Source: Heptranchias perlo
Lineage: Eukaryota
Assembly: GCF_035084215.1 (NCBI RefSeq)
Contig: NC_090326.1
Coordinates: 60,636,001-60,700,000, forward strand
Direction of reading: 5' to 3'
Length of the DNA: 64,000 bases
Of the stretch, positions 37,833 to 49,323 are shown in pieces. Within the stretch, counting starts at the first letter, position 1. Each line of letters starts with the position of its first letter. Under the pieces are notes generated by a model, which worked only from the letters and a program-made list of their open reading frames with translations, had not been told where the DNA came from and searched no databases. Position numbers and translations under genes: made by a program.

Positions 37833-40764
37833 CAATTTGTGTCTTGAATGTGTGCCCTGCTGAAATATGGGTATGCATGAGATGCAACGAAAGAGCTGTA
37901 AGGTTGATTGAGCAGTAAATGTGGAATGTGTTGAGAAGCAACATGGAACCTTTGGCCTGATAAATGGTTCTGTCTAGTTGTTTTCTCTTGCCACATTAAA
38001 GTGTAACATCTTCTCCCTCTTCTGTTCACAGGCCCTACAAATACTGTACAGACCATTGAGCCTGGCCACCACCATAGGCATGGTGCACTGCTGTCCTCCA
38101 GGGAAAGAGCCCTCAGAGTATTAAACAGGGCAACCCTCCTTGCATGCATCTCGTACAGATGCATGTCCACATGTCCACTTCATCAGCCATCAAGTGAGGA
38201 TTGGGTGCTGTATCACTCCATCACTTATCCACTTCATGCCGACACATTGGTTTTCTTTTCACTTTGATTTTGTTTAACACTGCTACTCCCCATCCCCCTC
38301 CACAGCCATGGATAAGGCTAAAAAAGAATTGAAAGATATTCTGACCTTTACATGGTTCAAACCCAGATGAAGCTACATATCTTAAAGTGGTCGCACCCCT
38401 TTAAATTTGAGCTGCTATCCAGATTTTCCACTTCTTCCATTTGGCTGCCTCCTGGCACAAGGTCAAAAGTGTGCTTTTGGCTAGTTTTGTTCAAGCAGCT
38501 TGCCTTTCCTGGTTCCATTTCCCTGGTCCAAATGTTAAGGCTTAATTCTATGATCCTGTGTTCCCATTAGGGATTCACGCTTGTAGGGAGCAATGTTGCA
38601 GCCTTTCTCCATCCCGCACTCCCTTTGAGTGTGGCTTCCTTGCTGGGATCTCAGGATCATGGAGTTGACCAGTCACAGCCAGCATGGTTTCCCCAATTAG
38701 CTTTGATCACTCCCTCATATGGTCATCCCCTCCCCTGAGACAATTAAAAAAAGTACTCTACAATATCTATCTACATCTACTTTTCCAATACTTGAACCTG
38801 GCCAATTGTTATAACAGCAACTTGATGACATAATCTTGGGAGGAAAATAAAACTTGATAAGGTTTTGTCAATGTCATAGAAAGTTACATTACAAAAGATT
38901 TCACCATATAGATCCGGTATTTCTGTTTAAAAATCTATACATTCTTCTCCCTTCAAATAGCTGCCCACACATATGCTTCATCATCCTTGATTATGAGGAC
39001 AACAGAATTCAGCATATGGATATCTTCAGCAATGGCAACAATTCCATTCCTTGGATGGCCTACAAGAAAGTCCAATATAAAAAAGCACAAAGGAATCCCA
39101 ATTTGTCCAGGTAAGCAATGCGGGACACTGGCAATTCTACCAAAGAAAGTCAAATCCCAAATCCTATTCCAGATCTTTGGTACAGTTCCCCAAATATTGC
39201 AAGAAACATATGTGTAAAACAGCATAGGAGATTGGCATCAAAATTGATTTAATTTAAAATTAAACAAGAAATATTAAAATCATGTTTAGTCTGAGTATGA
39301 AATGTGTGGGATTTATAAAATTGTTGATATTTATTATTCCTCCAAGTTATAAAATTTGTTTTATTTTTTTAACTCTCTTTAAATTTCTGCAGGGCATGTG
39401 CCAATTCCTGGCCACAGTGGCAGATCTGTTCACAGGCTTCTGCCAACATTGCTCTTGATGCGGTTACAAGAAGATGTGCAGAAGTCACCCATAATGGCCC
39501 CTCCTCTGACTTTTTTTTGTTCCTCATGGATAAATGGCCATCCTCTGCTTAGCTCCTCACATTGATGGTACAACCAAGATGAGGAAATTGTAGACTTGAA
39601 CCAATGTCCTACAACTGGATGACAAAGTGCCATGGTGCTTTACCTCCATGCCTACACTTTCTAAACTCTGAAGGTCACATCTGTAGCTGTATCCAAGACA
39701 TTGTTTAGCTTTATAACGAAGAACACCATTGATCCAAAATAAGTTGCATCTTAAACCTTTTCTCTGTCGCCAAGGATAACCTATTTTTTTAAATTGCAGT
39801 TAGCACAGTATTTAGGACAGTGTTTAATTTTGGATCTGTACGAATGTCAGACTTCAAGTTTGTTTTTGTTCATCTGTAATCTCATGTTACAGTACTGTGC
39901 TATTATTTTACATACTAACCAGAGGTTAACCCTCTAACCATAACACAACTCAAGACTATTATCTGCTTTGGACACTTAAAGTGGATTTTTGAGGCAGTAA
40001 AATGTTGTTTAAATATTTGCCTAACTGCTTTCCTTTCACATCAACTGTTCATATTGAAGTGGTTTCCCAGATACCTATCAGGTAGGAACAGGAGCAATGT
40101 TTGGAATATTAAAAGTGAGTTTGTGCGAAGTATAGCACATTACTTTCACACTGAGTCCATTAAACTGAAAGAAAGTAAGCTCAGACTTTATCAGAACAAA
40201 AACAAGATAACTAAACAGGTACCTTTTTTGTAATGAAACCTCTCATGAAGTATTAATTTGATTAAAATGCCGACTGGCCATTAATAATGTGTAAAGTGTA
40301 GTCTGGAGGCTCAGTAGATGAAACCAAATCAGCTGGTCAGATTATCAATTATTCCAAATGGCTACTCCACTTACCAGACTCTGGTTGTACACAGCTACAG
40401 TACTTCTCACTCAGCACCAAGCAGAAAAACTGGAACAAGTTCAAATGATTCATTGTCACATTTCCTACTGTGATATTTAATATTGTTCACTTTTTCACAA
40501 AACAATTGTGTATATTAAACAAGTCAGGTGTATCCCCTTTGTTTACACATCACACCGCTCTTAATTGATAGATGGTACCTGTTAAAAGCCATAACTCCGT
40601 TTTTTGGGGGTATTCAGTTTTTGGTTTCATAGGAAGGTGAACGTAAGAAAAGATTGTTCAGTTCATCTAGTTTGCTCAGTCACTTGTGCCTAAGTACAGG
40701 AGCTCCAGGATCTTCTTCCTGTATTAGGTCCGTAATCCTCCACTTTATATTGAGTCTGGAATAT

Positions 40765-40898
40765 GGGGATAGAAATTAGTCTTGGACAGTAGGGCTAACC
40801 GGCAGGGAATGGAGCTGAGTATCAGGCGGGCAGTATAACGAGCGGCCGATACGATAGCGCCTGTTTTGCACTAACTGCTCAAGATGGATTTTTACCCC
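40765..40898. mobile_element. Short MITE
   Basis: TIRs GGGGATAGAAATTAGTCTTGGACAGT / ACTGCTCAAGATGGATTTTTACCCC. Confidence 0.6.
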
Positions 40899-41219
40899 AT
40901 TGTCTTTTTATCCTATGGAGAAAGAAACACTTTAAAAATCCTTTGTTGCTGCTGCTATTTACTACACTACCTATTTACCTGCTATATTTATCGGAATCTA
41001 ATTGTAAAATACTTGTGCACAGTGTTGGTGTGTATACATATGGATGTGTGCTTCTTACACACCACTATTGCAACTTTGTAAAGGGAAAAAAATCAACCTG
41101 ATCCTAACTGAGCTAAGTTTTGAAAGTTATGAATAACCACCAATAACTCAATTAATAGCACCTTAGCTTATGAATTAGTTTCCACTCTCTTCTCTAGTAT
41201 CAGTCTCATTAATGATTAC

Positions 41220-41356
41220 GATGTGGAGATGCCGGTGATGGACTGGGGTTGACAATTGTAAACAATTTTACAACACCAAGTTATAGTCCAGCAATTTTAT
41301 TTTAAATTCACAAGCTTTCGGAGGCTACCTCCTTCCTCAGGTGAACGATGTGAAAA
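41220..41356 (-). mobile_element. Penelope-like pLTR / retrozyme-like mini-element with 12-bp TSD
   Basis: Flanked by ATTAATGATTAC at 41208-41219 and 41357-41368; homologous to 49229-49323; contains a hammerhead core. Confidence 0.82.
41307..41345 (-). ncRNA. Minimal type-I hammerhead ribozyme motif
   Basis: RNA UUCAC-CUGAGGA-A-GGAGG-UAG-CCUCC-GAAA-GCUU-GUGAA: stem I UUCAC/GUGAA, CUGANGA box, 5-bp stem II, GAAA box, palindromic AAGCUU in place of stem III. Confidence 0.75.
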
Positions 41357-43724
41357 ATTAATGATTACAACAGTATTTTACATATTGTGTGGCTCAGTAT
41401 CTGAAGCAGTGTAGTATCTGATTCTCAATCAGAATCTTTACAGTTCAGAATTCTGGGTTTCCTGTTTCTCTAACTATCAGCCCTGTGGAGAAAGTTAATC
41501 AGCTCTCAGCAAGGCCTTCAGATGAAGCAGCACACAGGGGTGAAATGCTTGATCTTCAAGGGGACAAAGAAGACAGTATTCCCATTCCACACTGTTCAAA
41601 TGCACCTCCTGATGAGTCAATTGGGGAGCAGAATAGCCAATAGAGGAGAGCTGTGTGGATTGAGGGAAAGGAAATTTATTTGAGAGACAAAAAATGCAAG
41701 TTTCTCTTTATGGCATGTTATTTATGAATATATCCACTGAAATCTCAGATACTGGCCAAATAGAAAACCTTAAGTTGCAAAACATGATTTTAATGAAATG
41801 TCAAAGTGTTGGTGGTCATTTAGAAATGATGTATCTCCCAGTTAAAGATATAGGACTGAATTTTTAGCTTGTATCTTTAGGCAAAATGCTTTCCGAGGCT
41901 TCATAGACCTACTTTCAGGTCCAGTGCTGGAACAAATGTTTGCTCCACATTGGCGATGATTCTATTTATACCTCAAGCAAATGGCCTGCTAGAAGTAATA
42001 CCAGCTGAGAGCCGGTGTGAGAGCAGTGTGATTTAAAATAGAAAGAGCCTACTCCTGTGTGGCAGGAGCTCAAATGACGTATTTTTTGCTCCCTGGGGAT
42101 GTGGGGGTCGGGGGGAGGGGGGTTCCAAATATTATTTTTTTAAAAACCATCAAAACTTTTATAAATGTTGAGATGTTTTACTCTAAGCCTGATGTTCAGT
42201 TTTCTGCTGATGCTGATTCAAATATGGCCGCCAGAGCAGAACAAAAGATCTGCATCTGCGTGGCCATGTCATTTGCATATATTAACAATGCCAGACTACA
42301 CTGGGCTTGACAATACAGTTTTTCTTAGCTGCTTAAATATGAAATGTTTACACTGTGTTAGCTAAAGGAATAGCATTCGTCTTTTGTTTGTGCAAAAATC
42401 CAACCCTTAGCTTTTTACTCGTTTTATTTAAAGCAACTATTATTATTAATCTATTTTTTTGATGCCTTTAACCGTGTAGCATTGAAGCATTAGATTTTTC
42501 ATATTGGCTGTGTTCCAAACAACGAGGTATAAGAAATGAGGATATAGGGTGCAATACATCGTATGAAAATTATCATATAACATATAGTTAAAAAAGGCTT
42601 ACCAATAACTCGAGTTCACTTATTGCATCCTAATTGACATCAGCAGAGGCCAGATAACTTTTCTCAGTCACTTTGCAAAGAACAAGACTAAAATTATTCT
42701 TTTTTCAGAATGTTCTGCACAAAAAGACAAATGTCTTATCGCTATTAAATTCAGGGCATAAGTCATACCAGTTCATCCAGTTCTATACCCTGCAAATCTA
42801 AAGTACAACTTATTAAACTTCCTCACTGGAAAAGCGGGAGAGCTGCAAGTTGGGAACTCTAAACTCTGTGGCCAATTGCCCAATCTGCACTCCCACCGAG
42901 CAAGGCCCCATACCAAGAGCAAAGCTTTGCAAAACTTGCCCTATAGTTTTTCAGAATTACAGAAAAAAATGAGACACCTCGTATGAGATGCAATGTAACT
43001 TATAATCATTGATATAAGCCTCACAGTGGGACAGGTGCTTGTTCGCTTTACAACATGTGCAGCAATTTCTGTGGTTGATTTTTTTTTATTTAGCTAAAAG
43101 GAATAATTATGGAAAGAAAAGGGAAACAAAGCTGCCCATGGAAACATGAACCACCTTTCAAAGAAAGTAACAACTTTTTACACAAGAATAAGATAATAAC
43201 TTTTCCTTAAGTCATGATAATGCTGTCATAACACTATTTATTAAAAAGAAATTAGAGATTCAAATTAAGGGATTTCATGACTTATGATTCTTTTTACATT
43301 CTAATAATTGTTGACTAATTAACTTGTTTCTAGCAGTTTCTTTGACTTTAATGATGTAATCCCATAAGATCTTGTTGTTCATGTAGATGCAAATAGTGAT
43401 GCATTTCAATAATTAGTAATGAGTTTTATGGTATGCAATCTTACTTATATCCTGCATGTTCATAATGTATAAAGCCATTCAGAGTCACATAAAATTATAA
43501 TAGCATTACGCAATTATTGACATCACAAATTTCAAGTTTAATTTATTAATTCATATAATATGTCTATTATTATTGTTATTCTGATTTTAATGTCCTGATT
43601 CTGGTGAATTAAATGCATTTGTCTTTTTACGATTCTTGAACTTTGGAAGTGTACTGCCATAGCCAGTAGAATTACTGCTGTAGTAAAAGATTTTCAAGTC
43701 TGTAAATATATTAACTAATGATTT

Positions 43725-43878
43725 AAGAACATAAGAAATAGGAGCAAGAGTAGGCCATATGGCCCCTTGAACCTGCACCCCATTCAATAAGGTCGTGGCT
43801 GATCTTCTACCTCAACTCGACTTTCCCGGCCTATCCCCGTATCCCTTGATTCCCTTAGTGTCCAAATATCCATCAATT
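43725..43878 (-). mobile_element. CR1 3' tail (AAGAACATAAGAA family)
   Basis: TAAGAACATAAGAAATAGGAGCAAGAGTAGGCCAT...CCCTTGATTCCCTTAGTGTCCAA, similar to 6430-6580. Confidence 0.85.
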
Positions 43879-44585
43879 TAATTCAAGATCGAAAGCAATA
43901 ACTACTTTGCCCATTTATTCACCGATGTTAAGTTACAAAATAGCCTTCATAGTTAAAATATATCTGTGGTGGCAATAAAACTAGATAACGACCTTGGCTC
44001 CATTGCTGGTAGAAACACCACACCATGAGCAAAAGTCATGTAAGAGTTCAGTATTATCAACAGCTTACCCCCTTGATAGTCTACAATTTCCCTCCCCCTT
44101 CTCCTTCATTCACCTATTCAACAACAACAACTTGCATTTATATAGTGCTTTAATACAGAAAAACGTCCCAAGGCACTTAAAAGACAAAGATTGACACTGA
44201 GCCGTATTAGGAGTGTTGACAAAAAGCTTGGCCAAAGGGGGCGGTTTTAAGGAAGCTCTTAAAGGAGGGGAGAGAGAGGTGGAGAGATTTAGAGAGGGAA
44301 TTCCACAGCTTAGGGTCTTGACAGCTAAAGGCAATGGTGGGCAAAGGTAGTGGGGGATGCACAAGAGGACAGAGTTGGAGGAACACAGAATTTTCAGAGG
44401 GTTAAAGGGCTGGAGGTTACAGAAACTGGGAGCGGTGAAGTCATGAAAGGATTTGAGTAAGAGGATTAGAATTTTAAATTTGAGGTGTTGAGGTACTGGG
44501 AGCCAATGCAGGTCAGGTTGCACAAGGGTGATGGCTGAGCTGGAGTTAGAATATGGGCAGCAGAGTTTTGGGTGAGCTGAAGTTA

Positions 44586-47500
44586 CATGTAATTACATAG
44601 AATTATATAGAAAATACAGCACAGAAACAAACCATTTGGCCCAACAGGTCCATGCCGGTGTTTATGTTCCACAGGAGCCTCCTCCCTCCCTTCTTCAACT
44701 AACCCCATCAATATATCCTTCTATTTCTTTCACCCACATAAGTTTAGCTTCCCCTTAAATGCATTTATGCTAGTTGCCTCAATTACTCCTTGTAGAAGCG
44801 AGTTCCACATTCTAACCACTCATGGGTAAAGAAGTTTCTCCTGAATTCCCTATTGGATTTATTAGTGATTATCTTATATTTATTGCCCCTAGTTCTGGTC
44901 TCCCCTGCAAGTGGAAACATCTTCTCTACGTCTACCCTATCAAACCCTTTCATAATCTTAAAGTCCTCTCTCAGGTTATCCCTCAGTCTTCTCTTTTCCA
45001 GAGAAAAGAGCCCCAGCCTGTTCAATCTTTCCTGATGGGTATAACCCCTCAATTCTGCTATCATCCTAGTAAATCTTTTTTGCACTTTCTCCAGTGCCTC
45101 TATATCCTTTTTATAATATGGAAACCAGAACTGTTCACAGTACTTCAAGTGTGGTCTAACCAAGGTTCTATAAGTGTTTACTATAATTTTCCTGCTTTTC
45201 AATTCTATCCCTCTAGAAATTAACCCAGAGCTTTGTTTACTTTTTATACGGCCTTATTAAAATACATCGCTACTTTTAGTGATTTGTGTATCTGTACACC
45301 CAGATCCCTGTGCTCCTCTCCCCCATTTAGACTCTTATTTTTCCTACCAAAATGTAATACCCCACACTTACCTATATTGAAATTTATTTGCCAGTTACAG
45401 CCCATTCTGCAAATTTATTAATGTCTTCCTGTATTTTGTTGCTGCCCTCCTCAGTATTAACTGTACCCCCAAATTTGGTCCGCAAATTTTGAAATTGTAC
45501 TTCCAATTCCCAAGTCCAAATCGTTTATGTAAATGGTGAACAACAGTGGTCCCAGCACCAATCCATGTGGAACACCACTTCCCACCTTTTGTCAGTCTGA
45601 GTAACTACCTTTAACTCCTACTCTCTGTTTTCTGTTTTGTAGCCAGCTTGCTATCCAGTCTGCTACTTGTCCCCTGACCCCACATACTCTCACTTTAGTC
45701 ATGATTCTACTATGCGGTACCTTATCGAAGGCCTTTGGAAAATCTAAATATATTGCATCTGTTGTATTACCCTTGTCTATTCTTTCCATTACTTCTTCAA
45801 AGAATTCAATAAGGTTGGTCAAGCATGACCTTCCCTTTTGAAATCCGTGCTGACTATTCTTCATTATATTATCGGTTTCTAGATGATTTTCTATTAAATC
45901 TTTGAGTAAGAGTTCCATTATCTATCCTACCACCGACGTTAAGCTAATTGGTCTATAGTTCCCTGGACTTGTTTTACCTCCCTATTTAAATATATGAATC
46001 ATATTAGCTGTCTGCCAGTCCTCTGGCACTATTTCCTTTTCTAATGATTTTTCATATATACATGTAATAGTGCCTCTGCTATCTCTTCCCTAACTTCTTT
46101 TAACATATGCGGATGCAATCCATCTGGACCAGAGGATTTATCCTCTCTAAGTCTGATTAATTTATCAATTATCTCCCCCCTTTCTATCTTAAATGTCTTT
46201 ATATCGTTTTTGATCTTCTTCTTCTAATGTCATGCCCAACATGTTAGTCTCCCTGGTAAATACTGAAGCAAAATAATTATTTAACATTTCTGCCATTTCG
46301 CTGTTATTACCTGTGAGCTTATCATATGTATCCCTTAGTGGCCCTATCCCTATCCTGATTTTTCTTTTCTTATTTATGTGTCTGTAGAATACTTTACTAT
46401 TTCTTCTTTATATTCTTTGATAATTTAATTTTGTAGTTACTCTTTGCTTTCCTAATTGTTTTATTGACATCCTTCCTAACCTCATCGTATTCTCTTTTGT
46501 CATCCTCTCCTTTGTTGTTTACGTACTTAGTGTATGCCTTTTTCTTTAGTTTCAATTTTGCTCTTATTTCTGTTTTCAACCATGGTGTGCTATTACTGGC
46601 TAGGTTGTTCTTGCTTTTTAGTGGAATATATTTCTCCTGGACTCTGTTGATCACCGTTTTAAATGTTTCCCACTGCTGCTCTATTTCTTCATTTGTCAGT
46701 AAATTTTTCCAGTTTACTTTCCCTTGTTCCAATCTCATCCACTTAAAATCAGTTTTTTTTCCCAATTTATTACTTTGGTCTTTGTCTTACTTATGTCCTT
46801 CTCAATCTTTATCTTAAACCTTATTATGTTGTGATCACTATTGCCTAGATGTCCCCTATGCTTACTTCTCTTATCTGTTCTGGTTCATTTACAATTACTA
46901 GATCCAGCAGTGCTTCCTCTCTTGTTGGGCTTTTTACATACTTGGTAAGAAAGGAGTCCTGCACACAATGTAAAAACTCCAATCCCTGTACCCCTTTACT
47001 CACCTCTTCTTACCAGTTTATTTGGGGGTGGTTAAAATCTCCCATGATTATTATTCTCTGTCCTTTACTCATTTCACATATTTGCTTACATATTTCTTCC
47101 TCCACCTTCATTCCACTATTAGGTGATCTGTAGTATATCCCTATTAGCTTGATCGATCCCTTATCTTTTATTTCAATCCACATGGATTCTGTTCCTATCC
47201 TTCTGTTAGTATGTCCCTCTTTTCTACTGCCATTATATTATCCCTAATTAGTACAGCTATTCCACCCCCTCCTCCCACGTCTTCCTTCCCTATCCTTTTT
47301 GATTATGTTATAACCTGCAATATTTAATTGCCAGTCCTGTTCTTCACGTAGCCATGTTTCAGTTATTCCTACTACATCTGGTTTCTTGCTACGGATTATT
47401 GCCTTCAGTTCCCCCATCTTATTTTGAACACTGTGTACAATGCTGTACAAGCAGTTTCATTTGTCTTTAATAATTGTTCCTTTTACTTTATTTTTAACAG

Positions 47501-47807
47501 TCCTTTTATACTTCTGTTTTCTAAGTGTATTTGTTCATTAACCGTTTATGTTATCTTTATTTCTTATCCTGGACTGACCTTTACACTCATCTCCTGTTTC
47601 TTTTATCTTTAGGCTTTTGTCATTGTTACTAGATCCCTCCCCCCATCTTGCTAGTTTAAAGCCTTACCCACTGCCCTATTTATCCTTTTCGCTTGAACTC
47701 TGGTCCCATTTCGGTTCAGATGGAGCCCATCCCAGCGGTACAGCTCCTTTCTGTCCCAGTACTGTTGCCAGTGTCCCATGATATGGAACCCCTCCTTCTC
47801 ACACCAC
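44586..47807 (-). mobile_element. CR1 LINE: complete decayed ORF2 plus the C-terminus of the ORF1 SGNH esterase
   Basis: Endonuclease start NKMGELKAIIRSKKPDVVGITETWL; RT QHGFQKGRSCLTNLIEFF, YLDFPKAFDKVPH; at ~47650-47805 KWCEKEGFHIMGHW...RWDGLHLNRNG (esterase DxxH motif). Confidence 0.94.
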
Positions 47808-49202
47808 TTTAACGGAGGATAGAGGATGGGAGGCCGGTGAGGATAGCATTGGAATAGTCAATTCTGTAGGTAACAAAGGCATGGATCAGGGTTTCAGCAG
47901 CAGATGGGCTGAAGCAGGGGAGGAGACAGGCGATGTTGCAGAGGTAGAATTAAATGGTCTTTGTGATACAGAGAATATGTGCTCGGAACATTAGCTTGGG
48001 GACGAATAGCATGCGATGGTTGAGAGCAGTTGGATACAACAGTGGCCAGAGAGGGGTTGGAATTAGTGGCGAAGGAACTAAGTTTGTTGAGGGGGTGGTG
48101 GGGGGGAGGCGATGGATTTGGTCTTCCCAGTGTTTAACTGGAGGAAACTGTGGGTGCATCCAGGACTGGATGTCGGATAAGCAGGGGGATAATAGAGAGC
48201 CAGTGGAGTGGTCAAGAGATATTGAGGAGAGGTACAGCTGGGTGTCAGCATACATGTGAAACCTGATGTCATGTCTTTAGATGATGTCACTCATTGAGGA
48301 GCAGCATATAGATGACAAATAGGAGTGGGCGAAGGATAGATATTTGGGAGACTCCAGAGATAACGGAATGGGGGCGGGAAGAGAAGCCATTGCTGGAGCT
48401 GCTCTGGTTATGATTAAATAGGAAACAGTGTAACCAAACGATGGTAGTCCTACTTAGCTGGACAACAGAGGATTGGCATTGGTGGAGGATGGTGTAGTCG
48501 AATGTGTCAAAGGCTGCATACAGATCAAGAAGGATAAGGACGGATAATGCACATAGAATCATAGAATCATTGAATCATAGAAAGGTTACAGCATGGAAGG
48601 AGGCCATTCGGCCCATTGAGTTCGCGCCGGCTCTATGCAAGAGCAATCCAGCTAGTCCCACTCCCCCGCCCTTTCCCCGTAGCCCTGCAAATTTTTTCCT
48701 TTCAAGTACTTATCCAGTTCCCTTTTGAAGGCCATGGTTGAATCTGCCTCCACCACCCCCTCAGGCAATGTATTCCAGATCCTAACCATTCGCTGTGTAA
48801 AAAAGCTTTTCCTCATGCCACCTTTGGTTCTTTTGCCAATTACCTTAAATCTAAGTCCTCTGATTCTTGACCCTTCCGCCAATGGGAACAGTTTCTCTCT
48901 ATCTACTCTGTATAGACCCTTCATGATTTTGAATACCTCTTTCAAATCTCCTCACAACCGTCTCTGTTCCATGGAGAACAACCCCAGCTTCTCCAGTCTA
49001 TCCACATAACTAAAGTCCCTCATCCCTGGAATCATTCTAGTAAATCTCTTCTTCACCCTCTTTAAGGCCTTCACATCCTTCCTAAAGTGCAGTTCCCAGA
49101 ACTGGACACAATACTCCAGTTGTGGCCGAACCAGTGTTTTATAAAGGTTCATCATGACTTCCATACTTCCATACTTTTGTACTCTATGCCTTTATTTATA
49201 AA

Positions 49203-49323
49203 TAACTCTATGCCTTTATTTTTTCCATACCGTTCACCTGACGAAGGAGGAAGCCTCCGAAAGTTTGTGGAATTAAAAATAAATTTGTTGGACTATAACT
49301 TGGTGTTGTAAAATTGTTTACAA
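49203..49323 (+). mobile_element. Second hammerhead-bearing Penelope-like mini-insertion, inside the CR1, 12-bp TSD
   Basis: TTTATTTATAAA at 49191-49202 and 49324-49335; body homologous to the reverse complement of 41253-41350. Confidence 0.8.
49233..49271 (+). ncRNA. Minimal type-I hammerhead ribozyme motif (variant)
   Basis: UUCAC-CUGACGA-A-GGAGG-AAG-CCUCC-GAAA-GUUU-GUGGA; core boxes and stem II intact, stem I has one G-U pair. Confidence 0.68.
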
